A DNA stretch of 50,791 nt from positions 1 to 50,791 of the forward strand of contig JAJCZW010000195.1 of the NCBI GenBank assembly GCA_029262155.1, read 5' to 3'. The stretch comes from Gemmatimonadota bacterium (GTDB taxonomy: Bacteria; Gemmatimonadota; Gemmatimonadetes; Gemmatimonadales; GWC2-71-9). Position 1 is the stretch's first letter. Every line of letters begins with the position of its first letter. A program made the position numbers and the translations under genes. Below the pieces are notes generated by a model. That model searched no databases, had not been told where the DNA came from, and saw only the letters and a list, made by a program, of their open reading frames with translations. Below, in pieces: positions 35,783 to 45,130 of the stretch.

Positions 35783-37311
35783 GACGAGCAGTAGGCGCGT
35801 TCATACTTCTCGCATGGGTTGCCTCACTTGGATGGCTCCTGTCGCGTACCTCTTCTGACCAGCGAAGCCTTGTGGCAGCCGGTCAGCGGCTTGCGCCCTT
35901 CTCGGGGTATTACACCGCCAAGTTGGGAGGGGAGCAGATTGGCCTCGGTACCGTTTTTACGGATACCACCGAGTCCTCCTTTCGGGTCAACAACCTCCTC
36001 TCGCTCGATCTGCTCATCCAGGGACAACCGATCCGTTTCGGGTATCGGTCTGATAGTTACTTCGATCGTGGACTGGCACTCCAGACCGGCGACGAGACCG
36101 TGAGCGATGGGACCGCCTCGACCCGATACACCATCGTATCAGATAGTAGCGATTCTGCCCGCATGCATCTGCGCACCGCGTCGCCGATGACCGCCGATCT
36201 GGGTGCTGACGTGGCGGGGTCGAGTCCAGCCCCGGCCACGCTCGCCCGTGCCATCCCCTATCAGATGGTTCTTGCTGATCGTCTTACCAATGACCTCGCA
36301 ACCCCCAACCAAGTCTTTGATCCGGCCGATGGCAGCCTCCGGTTTGACAACATTCGGGTCGTCGGCGAATCGACCTTCGTCGTGCCCGACAGCGCCGTCC
36401 TTGACCCAGAGGGCCACTGGCGCCCCGCCACGACCCTGACCGTCCGCGCGTGGCAGCTGGAGCATGCGCCCTACGGGCTCCCGACCTCGACCTGGGTCGA
36501 CAGCAGGGGCAACCTCGTAGCGGAGCAGAATCTGTTTGGTGTGGGATGGAACCGAACGGCATTCGAAATAGCCCGGAACAACTATCGATCGCGTGTGGCC
36601 ACCGACGGCATCACCATTACAGCCTCGTTGTCAGGCGCCAGACCCTGGGCTGGCTCTGGCCTTGCCCCACTTCCTGGGGATAGCCTCCGCCTCATGATGG
36701 GTCGGACCGACGACTGGCCATTGCCTCAGCCACTCCTCCGCGGTTTGGAGGGCGGTCGGCAGCGACTCGACCATGGGTACCTGATCTCCACGCGGACGAC
36801 TCCGCCGGCCGAAAGCGAGACCGCCCCCATGGGGTATAGCGTCCGGTATGTGGGGCGAGAGGTCGAGAGTGTTGTCACCGATCGGGCACGACGCCTCGCT
36901 GGCAAGGCCACCGATCGCCTCCTCATCACCAAGCGTCTGTTGGCGTGGGTCGCATCCAACATCGCGCTCGATACGTCGATGGGCGCACCGCTTCGCCCGC
37001 CTGACGTGTTAGCCGCCCAACGGGCTGGGAGCGACGGCCGTTCCCGGCTCCTCGCCGCGATGCTCCGATCAGAGCGCATCCCAGCGCGCGTGGTGACGGG
37101 CGTGGTGCTCACCGTGGAGGGACAGCTGGGGCATTCCTGGGTCGAGGTTTGGCTCGACGGATGGGTCGCAGCCGACCCCCAGTCTGGGACCCTCCCGGCC
37201 AGTCCTGCGCTCATCAGGCTTCGGGAAGGTGGGCGCAGTCGCCCGGTAGACCTCGTTCCCCTCATTGCAGCCCTTCGTGTTCAACCCTATCCCTGGCAGG
37301 TTCGTCGATGA
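35779..37311 (+). CDS. Membrane-anchored transglutaminase-like domain protein
   Basis: N-terminal TM; C-terminal LLAAMLRSERIPARVVTG...HSWVEVWLDGWVAADP. Confidence 0.85.
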   Translation: MRRAVGAFILLAWVASLGWLLSRTSSDQRSLVAAGQRLAPFSGYYTAKLGGEQIGLGTVFTDTTESSFRVNNLLSLDLLIQGQPIRFGYRSDSYFDRGLALQTGDETVSDGTASTRYTIVSDSSDSARMHLRTASPMTADLGADVAGSSPAPATLARAIPYQMVLADRLTNDLATPNQVFDPADGSLRFDNIRVVGESTFVVPDSAVLDPEGHWRPATTLTVRAWQLEHAPYGLPTSTWVDSRGNLVAEQNLFGVGWNRTAFEIARNNYRSRVATDGITITASLSGARPWAGSGLAPLPGDSLRLMMGRTDDWPLPQPLLRGLEGGRQRLDHGYLISTRTTPPAESETAPMGYSVRYVGREVESVVTDRARRLAGKATDRLLITKRLLAWVASNIALDTSMGAPLRPPDVLAAQRAGSDGRSRLLAAMLRSERIPARVVTGVVLTVEGQLGHSWVEVWLDGWVAADPQSGTLPASPALIRLREGGRSRPVDLVPLIAALRVQPYPWQVRR

Positions 37312-38063
37312 TCGTCATCCAGGATCTGACCAAAACGTACGGCAAGTTCACCGCAGTGAATGGGATCAGCCTCCACATTCCCCCAGGGCAACTCTTCGGG
37401 TTCCTCGGACCCAATGGCGCTGGCAAAACCACCACGATGCGGATGATCGCAGGGATATTGAAACCGACCGCGGGGACGATCGAAGTGGCCGGCCTCAACA
37501 TCGTGCGCTATCCGATGAGCGCCAAATCGAAGTTAGGGTACATCCCCGATCGGCCCTATGTGTACGACAAGCTCACCGGAGCGGAGTTCATGCGCTTTGT
37601 GGCCGCACTCTACGGCCAGGAAGGGAAAGGCATTGAGCGCCGTATCGATGAGCTACTCGACCTCTTCGAACTCACTCGCTGGAAGAACGAACTCACGGAA
37701 TCATACAGCCATGGCATGCGCCAGAAGCTGATCATCTCGAGTGCGTTGGTCCACCGTCCTGAAGTGATCGTCGTGGACGAACCGATGGTTGGCCTGGATC
37801 CCAAGAGTGGGAAACTCCTCAAGGATATCTTCCGTCACTTCGTGGGACTCGGGGGCACGGTCCTGATGAGTACGCACACGCTGGAGATCGCCGAATCGAT
37901 GTGTGACCGGATCGGCATCATCCAACACGGCCACATCATCGCCGAAGGCACGATGGATGAACTCCGCGTCCAGCATGACACCGACGCCACATTGGAGCAA
38001 CTGTTCCTCAAGTTGACGGGTGGTATCACGGAGCGAGAACTCGGAGCCATCCTCAGTGACTGA
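37308..38063 (+). CDS. ABC transporter ATP-binding protein
   Basis: GPNGAGKTT, YSHGMRQK, VVDEP, STH; ATGA coupling. Confidence 0.95.
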   Translation: MIVIQDLTKTYGKFTAVNGISLHIPPGQLFGFLGPNGAGKTTTMRMIAGILKPTAGTIEVAGLNIVRYPMSAKSKLGYIPDRPYVYDKLTGAEFMRFVAALYGQEGKGIERRIDELLDLFELTRWKNELTESYSHGMRQKLIISSALVHRPEVIVVDEPMVGLDPKSGKLLKDIFRHFVGLGGTVLMSTHTLEIAESMCDRIGIIQHGHIIAEGTMDELRVQHDTDATLEQLFLKLTGGITERELGAILSD

Positions 38064-39789
38064 GGATATCGGCCCTTCGGGTGGGAGGCACGGACACCCG
38101 ACCCCACCGACACAGCCCCACCTCTGGACGATCCTGATCCCCAAGTGGCAGAGCATGCTCGCGCGTGGACGCCAGGATCGGAGTCTAATCAGGCTGGTGC
38201 TCCTCGGTCTCATCGCCCTCATTTTCTGGGCCGCGGTCTTCGGGATCGCGTACCGTGTCATCGACTATTTCCAGGGCGTGGAAGAAATCGGCAACCTCCT
38301 TGCCGGCAAAGTATTGGGGATGACCCTTTTGGCGTTCAGCGGGGTCTTGTTGCTCTCCAACCTGGTCACCGCACTTTCGACTTTCTTTTTGGCGAAGGAC
38401 CTCGACATGCTGGTGGCGGCGCCAGTCGATTGGCTCCGCATCTACCTCGCCAAACTCAGTGAGACCCTGGTCCACAGCTCGTGGATGGTGGCACTGCTGA
38501 TTCTCCCGATCCTGAGTGCCTATGGAGTGGTATATGGTGGGGGGTGGCTTTTCCCCTTCGTGGCAATCGCGGCGCTCACACCCTACCTGCTTCTTCCCAC
38601 GGTGGTCGGCAGCGGCATCACCCTGATCCTGGTGAACGTTTTCCCTGCCCGTCGGACCCGAGACCTCCTGAGCCTCGTAGCGCTGGGAGCGGTTGGAGGG
38701 GTTGTACTCCTCTTACGTGTCGTCCGCCCGGAGCAGTTAGCCCGGCCCGAGGGGTTCAACAACCTGGTCGATTTCCTGGTGGTCCTTCGGGCACCAACGA
38801 ACCCGTTTCTCCCCAGCGAGTGGGCCTCCCAAGCCATCATGAATTGGCTCCTTGAGGTCGCCGACCCGCTCCCGCTCGCACTCCTATGGACCAGCGCGGG
38901 AGCATTCATCGTGCTAGGCGCCGCCCTCCATCGGCGGCTCTATGCGTCAGGTTTCTCGAAGGCCCAGGAGGGCGCGGAGAATTTTGTGCGGGGGCGCACC
39001 ATGTCGCGGATCCTTGCGCCGATGCTCGGTTGGTTACCGGCGACCCGTCGGGAGTTCATTCTCAAAGATCTCCGACTCTTCTTTCGAGACACCACGCAGT
39101 GGAGCCAACTCATTCTCCTTGCGGTACTCCTGATCGTCTACGTCTTCAATATTCGCGCATTGCCGATTTTCACCGGTGAACGGGTTCCGTTTACCCTGGT
39201 GACTCTCATCGCCTTTCTGAATCAAGGCCTTTCAGGGTTTGTGCTTGCCGCGATCGCGGCTCGATTCGTCTTCCCCTCGATCTCACTCGAAGGACGACAG
39301 CTCTGGCTACTCCGATCCAGCCCCCTCAATATGCGGGCGATGATGTGGAGCAAATACTGGATCGGGACGGCCCCACTGTTGGTCCTGGCGGTCGGGATCA
39401 CCGTTCTCACCAATGTGCTCCTCCGCGCCTCGCCGTTCATGATGGGGGTTAGCCTGCTGACGACTGTGGTGTTTACGCTAACGCTTGGTGCACTCGGTGT
39501 GGGGCTCGGGATCCTCTACCCCCAATTCGACACCGAAAACGCGGCCCAGATTCCCACAAGCTTTGGCGGATTGGTGTTCATGATGACGTCGATCAGCCTC
39601 CTCGCAGTGATCATCGTTATCGAGGCCACACCGGTCGCTAGCTACCTCCGGGCCCGCCAAGCAGGTACCGCACCTGGCCTCACCGGGACCCTGGTCTTGT
39701 CCCTCGGCCTCGTGGTCGCGATATGTGCCCTGACGATGTTCATGTCACTCCGGATCGGTATCCGCCGTTTGGAATCGCTGGAAGTCTAG
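38056..39789 (+). CDS. Putative ABC exporter permease (multi-TM)
   Basis: Many TM segments; KDLRLFFRD, SLEGRQLWLLRSSP, KYW motifs. Confidence 0.88.
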   Translation: MTEDIGPSGGRHGHPTPPTQPHLWTILIPKWQSMLARGRQDRSLIRLVLLGLIALIFWAAVFGIAYRVIDYFQGVEEIGNLLAGKVLGMTLLAFSGVLLLSNLVTALSTFFLAKDLDMLVAAPVDWLRIYLAKLSETLVHSSWMVALLILPILSAYGVVYGGGWLFPFVAIAALTPYLLLPTVVGSGITLILVNVFPARRTRDLLSLVALGAVGGVVLLLRVVRPEQLARPEGFNNLVDFLVVLRAPTNPFLPSEWASQAIMNWLLEVADPLPLALLWTSAGAFIVLGAALHRRLYASGFSKAQEGAENFVRGRTMSRILAPMLGWLPATRREFILKDLRLFFRDTTQWSQLILLAVLLIVYVFNIRALPIFTGERVPFTLVTLIAFLNQGLSGFVLAAIAARFVFPSISLEGRQLWLLRSSPLNMRAMMWSKYWIGTAPLLVLAVGITVLTNVLLRASPFMMGVSLLTTVVFTLTLGALGVGLGILYPQFDTENAAQIPTSFGGLVFMMTSISLLAVIIVIEATPVASYLRARQAGTAPGLTGTLVLSLGLVVAICALTMFMSLRIGIRRLESLEV

Positions 39790-39802
39790 CTCGGTACGAA
39801 CC

Positions 39803-40825
39803 CTACTCTGGATGCTTCCGGAAGATGTCCTCCAATACCACCCGATCGATCTTGCCGTCCATCCGTACTCGCACGTCGTAGTTTTCCCAGTACATGAAGT
39901 TCTTGAGGGCCGCAAGGAAGGTGGGGTTGGCAGTGCCCTGCGATGCTCCAAGCCACTTGTCGGGCTGGCCCTCCGGCTCCCGAAGGAGGATCGGCTCCAA
40001 TCGTGCAACCAGTGCGGGCGTGAGATCCAAGAGATCTTTCGGATCGCTCGGGAAGAAGTACAGTTTGTGGAGCGTGAGAAGCCGGTCGAGTTCGGCAATA
40101 GGATCGACCGCATCATAGACGCGGAGATCGATGAACCGATCGTTCGCCCCCAGGTAACCACCGCCAGCCCGTACCACGAGCAACGCGGCTGACTCCATAC
40201 CCCGCTTGTCCCCACCTCCCGCCTGACCCGCCTTCAGGGCCGCCAGCAACCTGTCCGCAAGTGGTCCCTCGGATGCCAGGAAGGAGGACGCCATGTTCGC
40301 CACAGTCTGGTCCGATACCATGATATTCGCCTGGACGGCAAACCCGCGACCCTGGATGGCAGCTCCCTTCCCGCCCAAGATGGAGCCGCCATGCCCATCA
40401 CCGACCCGTCCGCCGGCCCAGTCAAACGTGGTCGTGCCGGTAAAACTGGCGGCACCCCCATGCGAATCGACCAAGCCCACCTGACGGTCCGATAGCGACG
40501 TATCGCTCCGCATGATGATAGCGAGCGCTTCCGCCGCCGTCGCTCCTTCCGCGATCAACGTGAGGCCACGGTCACCGTACTCGGTGTTTGCGAGGCTCTG
40601 GGTGGCGACAGCCCCTATCCCGGCTTTGGCCCATGGAACAATGCCACCCACGTTGGGGAACTTCGACTGCACGGCCACACCGAGGTCACCGGTCACTGAA
40701 TCGAACGCGACGATGCTGTAGGTATGGGCGAGACGGTGGAAGTGTCCCGGCGGAGTCATCGGTTGCTGGGCGGCAAGAACGTTCGCCACGAGTAGACCGA
40801 AAGTTGGGATCAGCAGGCGCGGCAT
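39803..40825 (-). CDS. DUF1028 family (Ntn-hydrolase-like) exported protein
   Basis: HTYSIVAFD...GVAVQS, GAVATQS, GGDKRGMESAALLV, IDLRV. Confidence 0.9.
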   Translation of the reverse strand: MPRLLIPTFGLLVANVLAAQQPMTPPGHFHRLAHTYSIVAFDSVTGDLGVAVQSKFPNVGGIVPWAKAGIGAVATQSLANTEYGDRGLTLIAEGATAAEALAIIMRSDTSLSDRQVGLVDSHGGAASFTGTTTFDWAGGRVGDGHGGSILGGKGAAIQGRGFAVQANIMVSDQTVANMASSFLASEGPLADRLLAALKAGQAGGGDKRGMESAALLVVRAGGGYLGANDRFIDLRVYDAVDPIAELDRLLTLHKLYFFPSDPKDLLDLTPALVARLEPILLREPEGQPDKWLGASQGTANPTFLAALKNFMYWENYDVRVRMDGKIDRVVLEDIFRKHPE

Positions 40826-41030
40826 GGTAACTCCGTGGTCGGTGATGCCGAAAGATAGTCACACCCACCGGCGGCCATCCGCTGTGACGTCCGGGAGGTC
40901 ATTCCACCGTCCCGCCATCCTGCAGGTAGCCCGCGGCTGAATGATCCGTCGCCGCGATGATCCGGTACCTCAAAGGATCTCACACGGGCGAGGTTGATCC
41001 TGAAACCGAAACCAGGGATGCCAGGAGCCC

Positions 41031-41687
41031 ATGCCACAATTTCATACCCGTTCGACCTACCGACTGGCCCGCGTCGTGGTAGGGGTCCTTCCCGCCATCC
41101 TCCTCAGCCTCGGAGCACTCCGCCCAACGCCCCTCGCAGTGAGCCTGTCCCAAGCTGCGGCTCGCGTGCTCCCCGCCCCATCCGGATCCCGCGTCCTCCC
41201 AGCTGGGGAGATGGTCTGGCAGCGCTCATTGAACGACTGCGGGCCGGCATCGCTGGCAAACTACCTCCGTGCGAACGGCGCCGGGGGCAGCCACCTGCCG
41301 CCGGTACCGGATCTCGATTCTCTCGATCGTCTTGCGATCCTCACACCGACCGGGACTCGGTTGGGAGACCTTGCCGACGCCGCGACGAAAGCTGGCTGGC
41401 CGAGCTGGGTAGCGCGGGTTGATCCAACGGAGGGAGCTGCCTCGCTACGCGGCGACCGGTTGCCAGCCATTGCCTGGATCGAGCAATCTCACTTTGTGAC
41501 CCTGACGCGCCTAGTGGCCGGGGACTCCGTCGAAATGATCGACCCGATGCGCGGGCGCTTGCTGGTGTCATGGAATGGGTTGTTGGCGGTTTGGCGAGGC
41601 GAGTTCTTGAACCGAGAACGACCCCCTGCCGCTGCCTCCGCACGTTTCTTGTTTCCCTCTTCCCCTTTACCCAGGAGTCATTCATGA
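41031..41687 (+). CDS. Standalone C39 cysteine peptidase with an N-terminal signal/anchor
   Basis: Q...DCGPASL (oxyanion Gln, catalytic Cys), LPAIAW...HFV (His), IDP (Asp), WRG; AGGAG RBS; no ABC domains. Confidence 0.9.
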   Translation: MPQFHTRSTYRLARVVVGVLPAILLSLGALRPTPLAVSLSQAAARVLPAPSGSRVLPAGEMVWQRSLNDCGPASLANYLRANGAGGSHLPPVPDLDSLDRLAILTPTGTRLGDLADAATKAGWPSWVARVDPTEGAASLRGDRLPAIAWIEQSHFVTLTRLVAGDSVEMIDPMRGRLLVSWNGLLAVWRGEFLNRERPPAAASARFLFPSSPLPRSHS

Positions 41688-41965
41688 GGACTGTCCATCA
41701 CTTCGGCCTCGCGTTCCTGTTGGCACTCAGCATTGCGAGCCTCCCGGTAACGACCACCGCAGCGACAGAACGCACCCCAACCCCTCAGGCGGTTCAAGTC
41801 GAGGGCCGGGGACTCCTCAGCATCATTGGATGCGTGGGATGCGTGGCAGGAGGCTTGGCGATTGCAATGAATGGTGCGGCCGCTCTCCTCGCCGCTGCAT
41901 TCTCCGAAGGATCTGCCCTCGCCGTGGCCGGTTGCATTGCCATCTGCGCCGATGCCATAGGCTGA
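41684..41965 (+). CDS. Putative peptide precursor A (93 aa): signal peptide, pro-region, hydrophobic 4-Cys core
   Basis: AGGAG RBS; ATGA overlap with the C39 gene; QVEGRG followed by LLSIIGCVGC...CIAICADAIG. Confidence 0.85.
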   Translation: MRTVHHFGLAFLLALSIASLPVTTTAATERTPTPQAVQVEGRGLLSIIGCVGCVAGGLAIAMNGAAALLAAAFSEGSALAVAGCIAICADAIG

Positions 41966-41999
41966 TACCACCCCTACCACCTTCGGAAGGAGCAAATCG

Positions 42000-42305
42000 A
42001 TGTCTCCAAGACTGATGACTCTGCGACAGGGACTCGCCGCCCTGCTCTTCGCCTTTCCCCTCTTGGGGTTTGCGCCCCCAGCGACTGCCACAGCCGACGA
42101 CCCTTCTCCAACCGCGTCAATCGAGCAGGTGGACGCACACCAGGTCATCGGACGCGGGATTCTGGCGAAGCTCGCGTGCATTGCCTGCCTCGCGGGACTC
42201 TTGTCTGTGGCAGGGTTTACGGTGGGTGGCATTCTGATCACAGCACTTGCCTATCCCGAAGTCACCGCACTTTGCGGATTGGGATGCGCCGTTGCATTTG
42301 GTTGA
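42000..42305 (+). CDS. Putative peptide precursor B (101 aa), paralog of A
   Basis: AAGGAG RBS; signal ending ATA; QVIGRG followed by ILAKLACIAC...CGLGCAVAFG. Confidence 0.87.
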   Translation: MSPRLMTLRQGLAALLFAFPLLGFAPPATATADDPSPTASIEQVDAHQVIGRGILAKLACIACLAGLLSVAGFTVGGILITALAYPEVTALCGLGCAVAFG

Positions 42306-42324
42306 GCCGTCTCCGAGTGGCAAA

Positions 42325-42352
42325 GGCCCTCTCCCAGGCGAGGGGGAGGGTC
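42325..42352 (+). promoter_or_regulatory. GC-rich stem-loop after the precursor genes, covering the next RBS
   Basis: GGCCCTCTCCC-AGGCGA-GGGGGAGGGTC, an 11-bp stem with 2 G-U pairs; no U-tract. Confidence 0.65.
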
Positions 42353-42354
42353 CG

Positions 42355-42903
42355 ATGCTCGCACCACCGTCGATGTCGTCCGGGACGCGTTGGAAGGCAG
42401 GAGGTTTGCTCGGCGGATGTGGGCTCCTGGCGCTCTGGATCGCGCATGGGGTAGCCACCTCAAGGCTTGAGAAGATCGTCACACCATTTCCGGCCCACAA
42501 TCTCCGCGGTCAGCTGCCGAGTGGCGCCTCGTGGACCGGTGGAAGCGGTGGGGCGGAGATCCTCCTCTATGTCGATCAACACTGCGCCTACTGCAAAGAA
42601 GAGCTGCACGCCTGGTCGACCTCACTCGCGTTGACCTCAAGGACGCCAGCCCCTCGCGTCGTCTTGTCCCCACGCTCGGATACCCAGCACGACTCCTACC
42701 TTCCCTCTCGGTTTCGAGGAATGTGGATCCACGACCGTGACACCGTCATCGCTCGGGCGCTAGCCCTCAGAGGGGTCCCGACAACGGTCGTGATCATCGA
42801 TAACCGTGTGACCGCAATACGATCGGGCCTCACGTCGGCAGCAGCAAAAGACAGCCTGCTCCAGATCGTCAGCGTCTCGGGGCCGGCCGGAGGAGAGCTG
42901 TGA
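42355..42903 (+). CDS. Membrane-anchored thioredoxin-fold thiol-disulfide oxidoreductase
   Basis: TM segment, LLYVDQHCAYCKEEL (CxxC), LRGVPTTVVI (cis-Pro loop). Confidence 0.82.
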   Translation: MLAPPSMSSGTRWKAGGLLGGCGLLALWIAHGVATSRLEKIVTPFPAHNLRGQLPSGASWTGGSGGAEILLYVDQHCAYCKEELHAWSTSLALTSRTPAPRVVLSPRSDTQHDSYLPSRFRGMWIHDRDTVIARALALRGVPTTVVIIDNRVTAIRSGLTSAAAKDSLLQIVSVSGPAGGEL

Positions 42904-43574
42904 GTCCACCATTCAATACCACGAACGTCCGAAGGAGCAACCGGCTGGCTCACCAGCTTCAACTCTGTATTCCTACGATGAAAGAGATCGCGGTGGAACG
43001 CCCTTTAATCCCACCCATCCTGGTCGCGACGATCCTCGCACTGGGTGCGGCAGGTACGCTGGCGCCTCTGCTCCCATTGGCTTTCCGGAATTCCTCGCCC
43101 GCGCTGGCGGTCTCACTTCGTCAGTGGCTCTGGATCATCGGATTCCTCACTCCCCTCATTGTGGTGCTCAAAGGGACACTCTCTACCGGGCTCGCCTGGG
43201 GATGGCTGACCCTGAACGGCGTACCGGTCGCCCCACGCGCCCTCTTTTCCATCCTCTTTTATGGAGAGGCAGTGCTTGGCTTGCAAGGTGCCGTTATCGG
43301 GGCAGCACTCCGGTTTCTGGGGACGGCACGACTTCGCACACCAGCCGACCTTTTCCTGCCAACCGGAGCCGATCTCTTTGGCTTGCCCCATCACCCGTTG
43401 GCCCACGCCGTGGTTCAGCATCTCTCCATCTTTCATGTAGCATGGTTCACACTCCTGCTCGTCGGTCTGCCGGCTCTCACCACGTGCTCCCGACGCGTCG
43501 CAGGAAGCACTGCGCTCTTCCTCTGGACGGTATCGGTAGGAATAGATGCGGTGCGCGCGTGGGGACAGGTATGA
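42900..43574 (+). CDS. Multi-pass membrane protein, Yip1-like
   Basis: About 5 TM segments, LSIFHVAWFTLLLVGL; overlapping start and stop with both neighbours. Confidence 0.65.
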   Translation: MSPPFNTTNVRRSNRLAHQLQLCIPTMKEIAVERPLIPPILVATILALGAAGTLAPLLPLAFRNSSPALAVSLRQWLWIIGFLTPLIVVLKGTLSTGLAWGWLTLNGVPVAPRALFSILFYGEAVLGLQGAVIGAALRFLGTARLRTPADLFLPTGADLFGLPHHPLAHAVVQHLSIFHVAWFTLLLVGLPALTTCSRRVAGSTALFLWTVSVGIDAVRAWGQV

Positions 43575-44293
43575 CCGAAGCCGTCGCAGTGACCGATCTC
43601 GCGGTCCGCTACCCAGGCTTCACATTGCAGCCAGTTTCGCTCCGCATGGACCTCGGCGAGCGCGTCGCCCTCCTGGGGGCCAATGGATCTGGCAAGACAA
43701 CACTCCTCAACGCCATTGCAGGACGACGACCCGGGCATGGTGGGCAGATGCAGATCGTAGGACACCCACCCAACCCACCACCGTGGACTCTGAGCCAGTC
43801 GATCGGGTTCCTCGGCGACCATCTCCTCGGACTCGGATGGATGACCGTCGCAGAACATTTGCAATTCCTTCGTCCATTCTACCCCCGGTGGGACAGCGCA
43901 TATGTCGAGGAGCTGGTCGACCGACTTCAGATTCCTTGGCACACAAAGCTCGGCCATCTCTCGCGCGGGATGACGGTCAAACTTGGATTTGTCAGTGCGG
44001 AAGCCTTTCGCCCCCCGGTCCTTCTCATGGATGAACCAACGGCAGGCCTTGATCCGGTCGTCCGCAATGAACTCCTGGACGTCTTAGACAGTGCCTGCGG
44101 TCTTGGGCCTCGACTCGTCCTATTCTCAACCCATCTCCTCGAAGACGTGGAAACACTTGGAACACGGGTCATAGTCCTCCATGAGGGCCACGTTGTTATC
44201 GATCGATCGGTCGACGAGATCCAAGCCGATTCACATCAACCTTTTCACACCATTCTTCGGGGGCTCGTAACACTCCATGGACACGCGGCATAG
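43571..44293 (+). CDS. ABC transporter ATP-binding protein
   Basis: GANGSGKTT, LSRGM, LLMDEPTAGLDP, STH. Confidence 0.94.
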   Translation: MTEAVAVTDLAVRYPGFTLQPVSLRMDLGERVALLGANGSGKTTLLNAIAGRRPGHGGQMQIVGHPPNPPPWTLSQSIGFLGDHLLGLGWMTVAEHLQFLRPFYPRWDSAYVEELVDRLQIPWHTKLGHLSRGMTVKLGFVSAEAFRPPVLLMDEPTAGLDPVVRNELLDVLDSACGLGPRLVLFSTHLLEDVETLGTRVIVLHEGHVVIDRSVDEIQADSHQPFHTILRGLVTLHGHAA

Positions 44294-44978
44294 GGCACTT
44301 CTCGCACTGGAACTCAGGCGGACTGCCCCAGGGACGTTTCGGTTTCTCGCGGTTGTCGCGCTGATCACGTTGGTCGCAACCCTCGTCGGGCAGGCAACAC
44401 CAGATACCCTGGCTATGGTCTGGACGGGACTCACGACGGGATACGTGGTACAGCTTCCACTCGCAGCGCTGCGCGATAAGATTGAGGGTGGAATGGAATT
44501 CCTTTGTAACCTCCCCATTCCACGATCCGGCCTAGCGACCGCTCGCCTCCTCGCAGGTGGCGTCCTGGCGCTCCCGGCGGCAGCGCATCTCTTCTTGGCC
44601 GCCTGGTATGTATTCCCCCTTCTTGAACTCCACCGGGGCGCCCTGTCACTTCTTTCCATCTTCGGAATCGCGTGGATCGGGTTCGCCGCGATCATCAACA
44701 CGATGACCGCACTGATCATCCGATATCGGATCCAGGACCTCACCAGTACGCCGCTGGTGATCGCCACCCTCGGAGGATTAGGCTTCGTCATGCTTCTCGA
44801 TCGCCTCGTGCCCGACCCGCAGGCGCTGCTTAGAACGCTCCTTCACCAGTGGTGGCTCCCTCCCATGGTGGTTGGCATCCTCCTGGCTGGTTCGCTTCTC
44901 CTGCTGGCGATTGCCCGCTGGGTCATGATTCGAGGCTTTACTGGATACACACCGCGAGGTGATTCGATCAGTTGGTAA
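44277..44978 (+). CDS. ABC-2 type permease
   Basis: About 6 TM segments; DKIEGGMEFLCNLPIPRSGL motif. Confidence 0.85.
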   Translation: MDTRHRALLALELRRTAPGTFRFLAVVALITLVATLVGQATPDTLAMVWTGLTTGYVVQLPLAALRDKIEGGMEFLCNLPIPRSGLATARLLAGGVLALPAAAHLFLAAWYVFPLLELHRGALSLLSIFGIAWIGFAAIINTMTALIIRYRIQDLTSTPLVIATLGGLGFVMLLDRLVPDPQALLRTLLHQWWLPPMVVGILLAGSLLLLAIARWVMIRGFTGYTPRGDSISW

Positions 44979-45130
44979 TCCCGTTCCATTGGGACAAGGG
45001 ACGGTGTGGAGGGACAGCCCGAGGAGGGGTGGGTCGAGATCTCCAAGACCGGGCAGGCGGCACCATTGAGTTTGCTGGGGCCTCACTGTTCCTCTAGACT
45101 TCAGATCACGATCCAACTTCCGGAGTCTGG

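Noticed and set aside
41684-42305. Assigning the precursors to glycocins, sactipeptides, lanthipeptides or circular bacteriocins
   Set aside because: No glycosyltransferase, radical SAM, Lan enzyme or SpoIIM/DUF95 gene in the cluster, and the precursors carry signal peptides; cyclisation is not excluded but is unsupported
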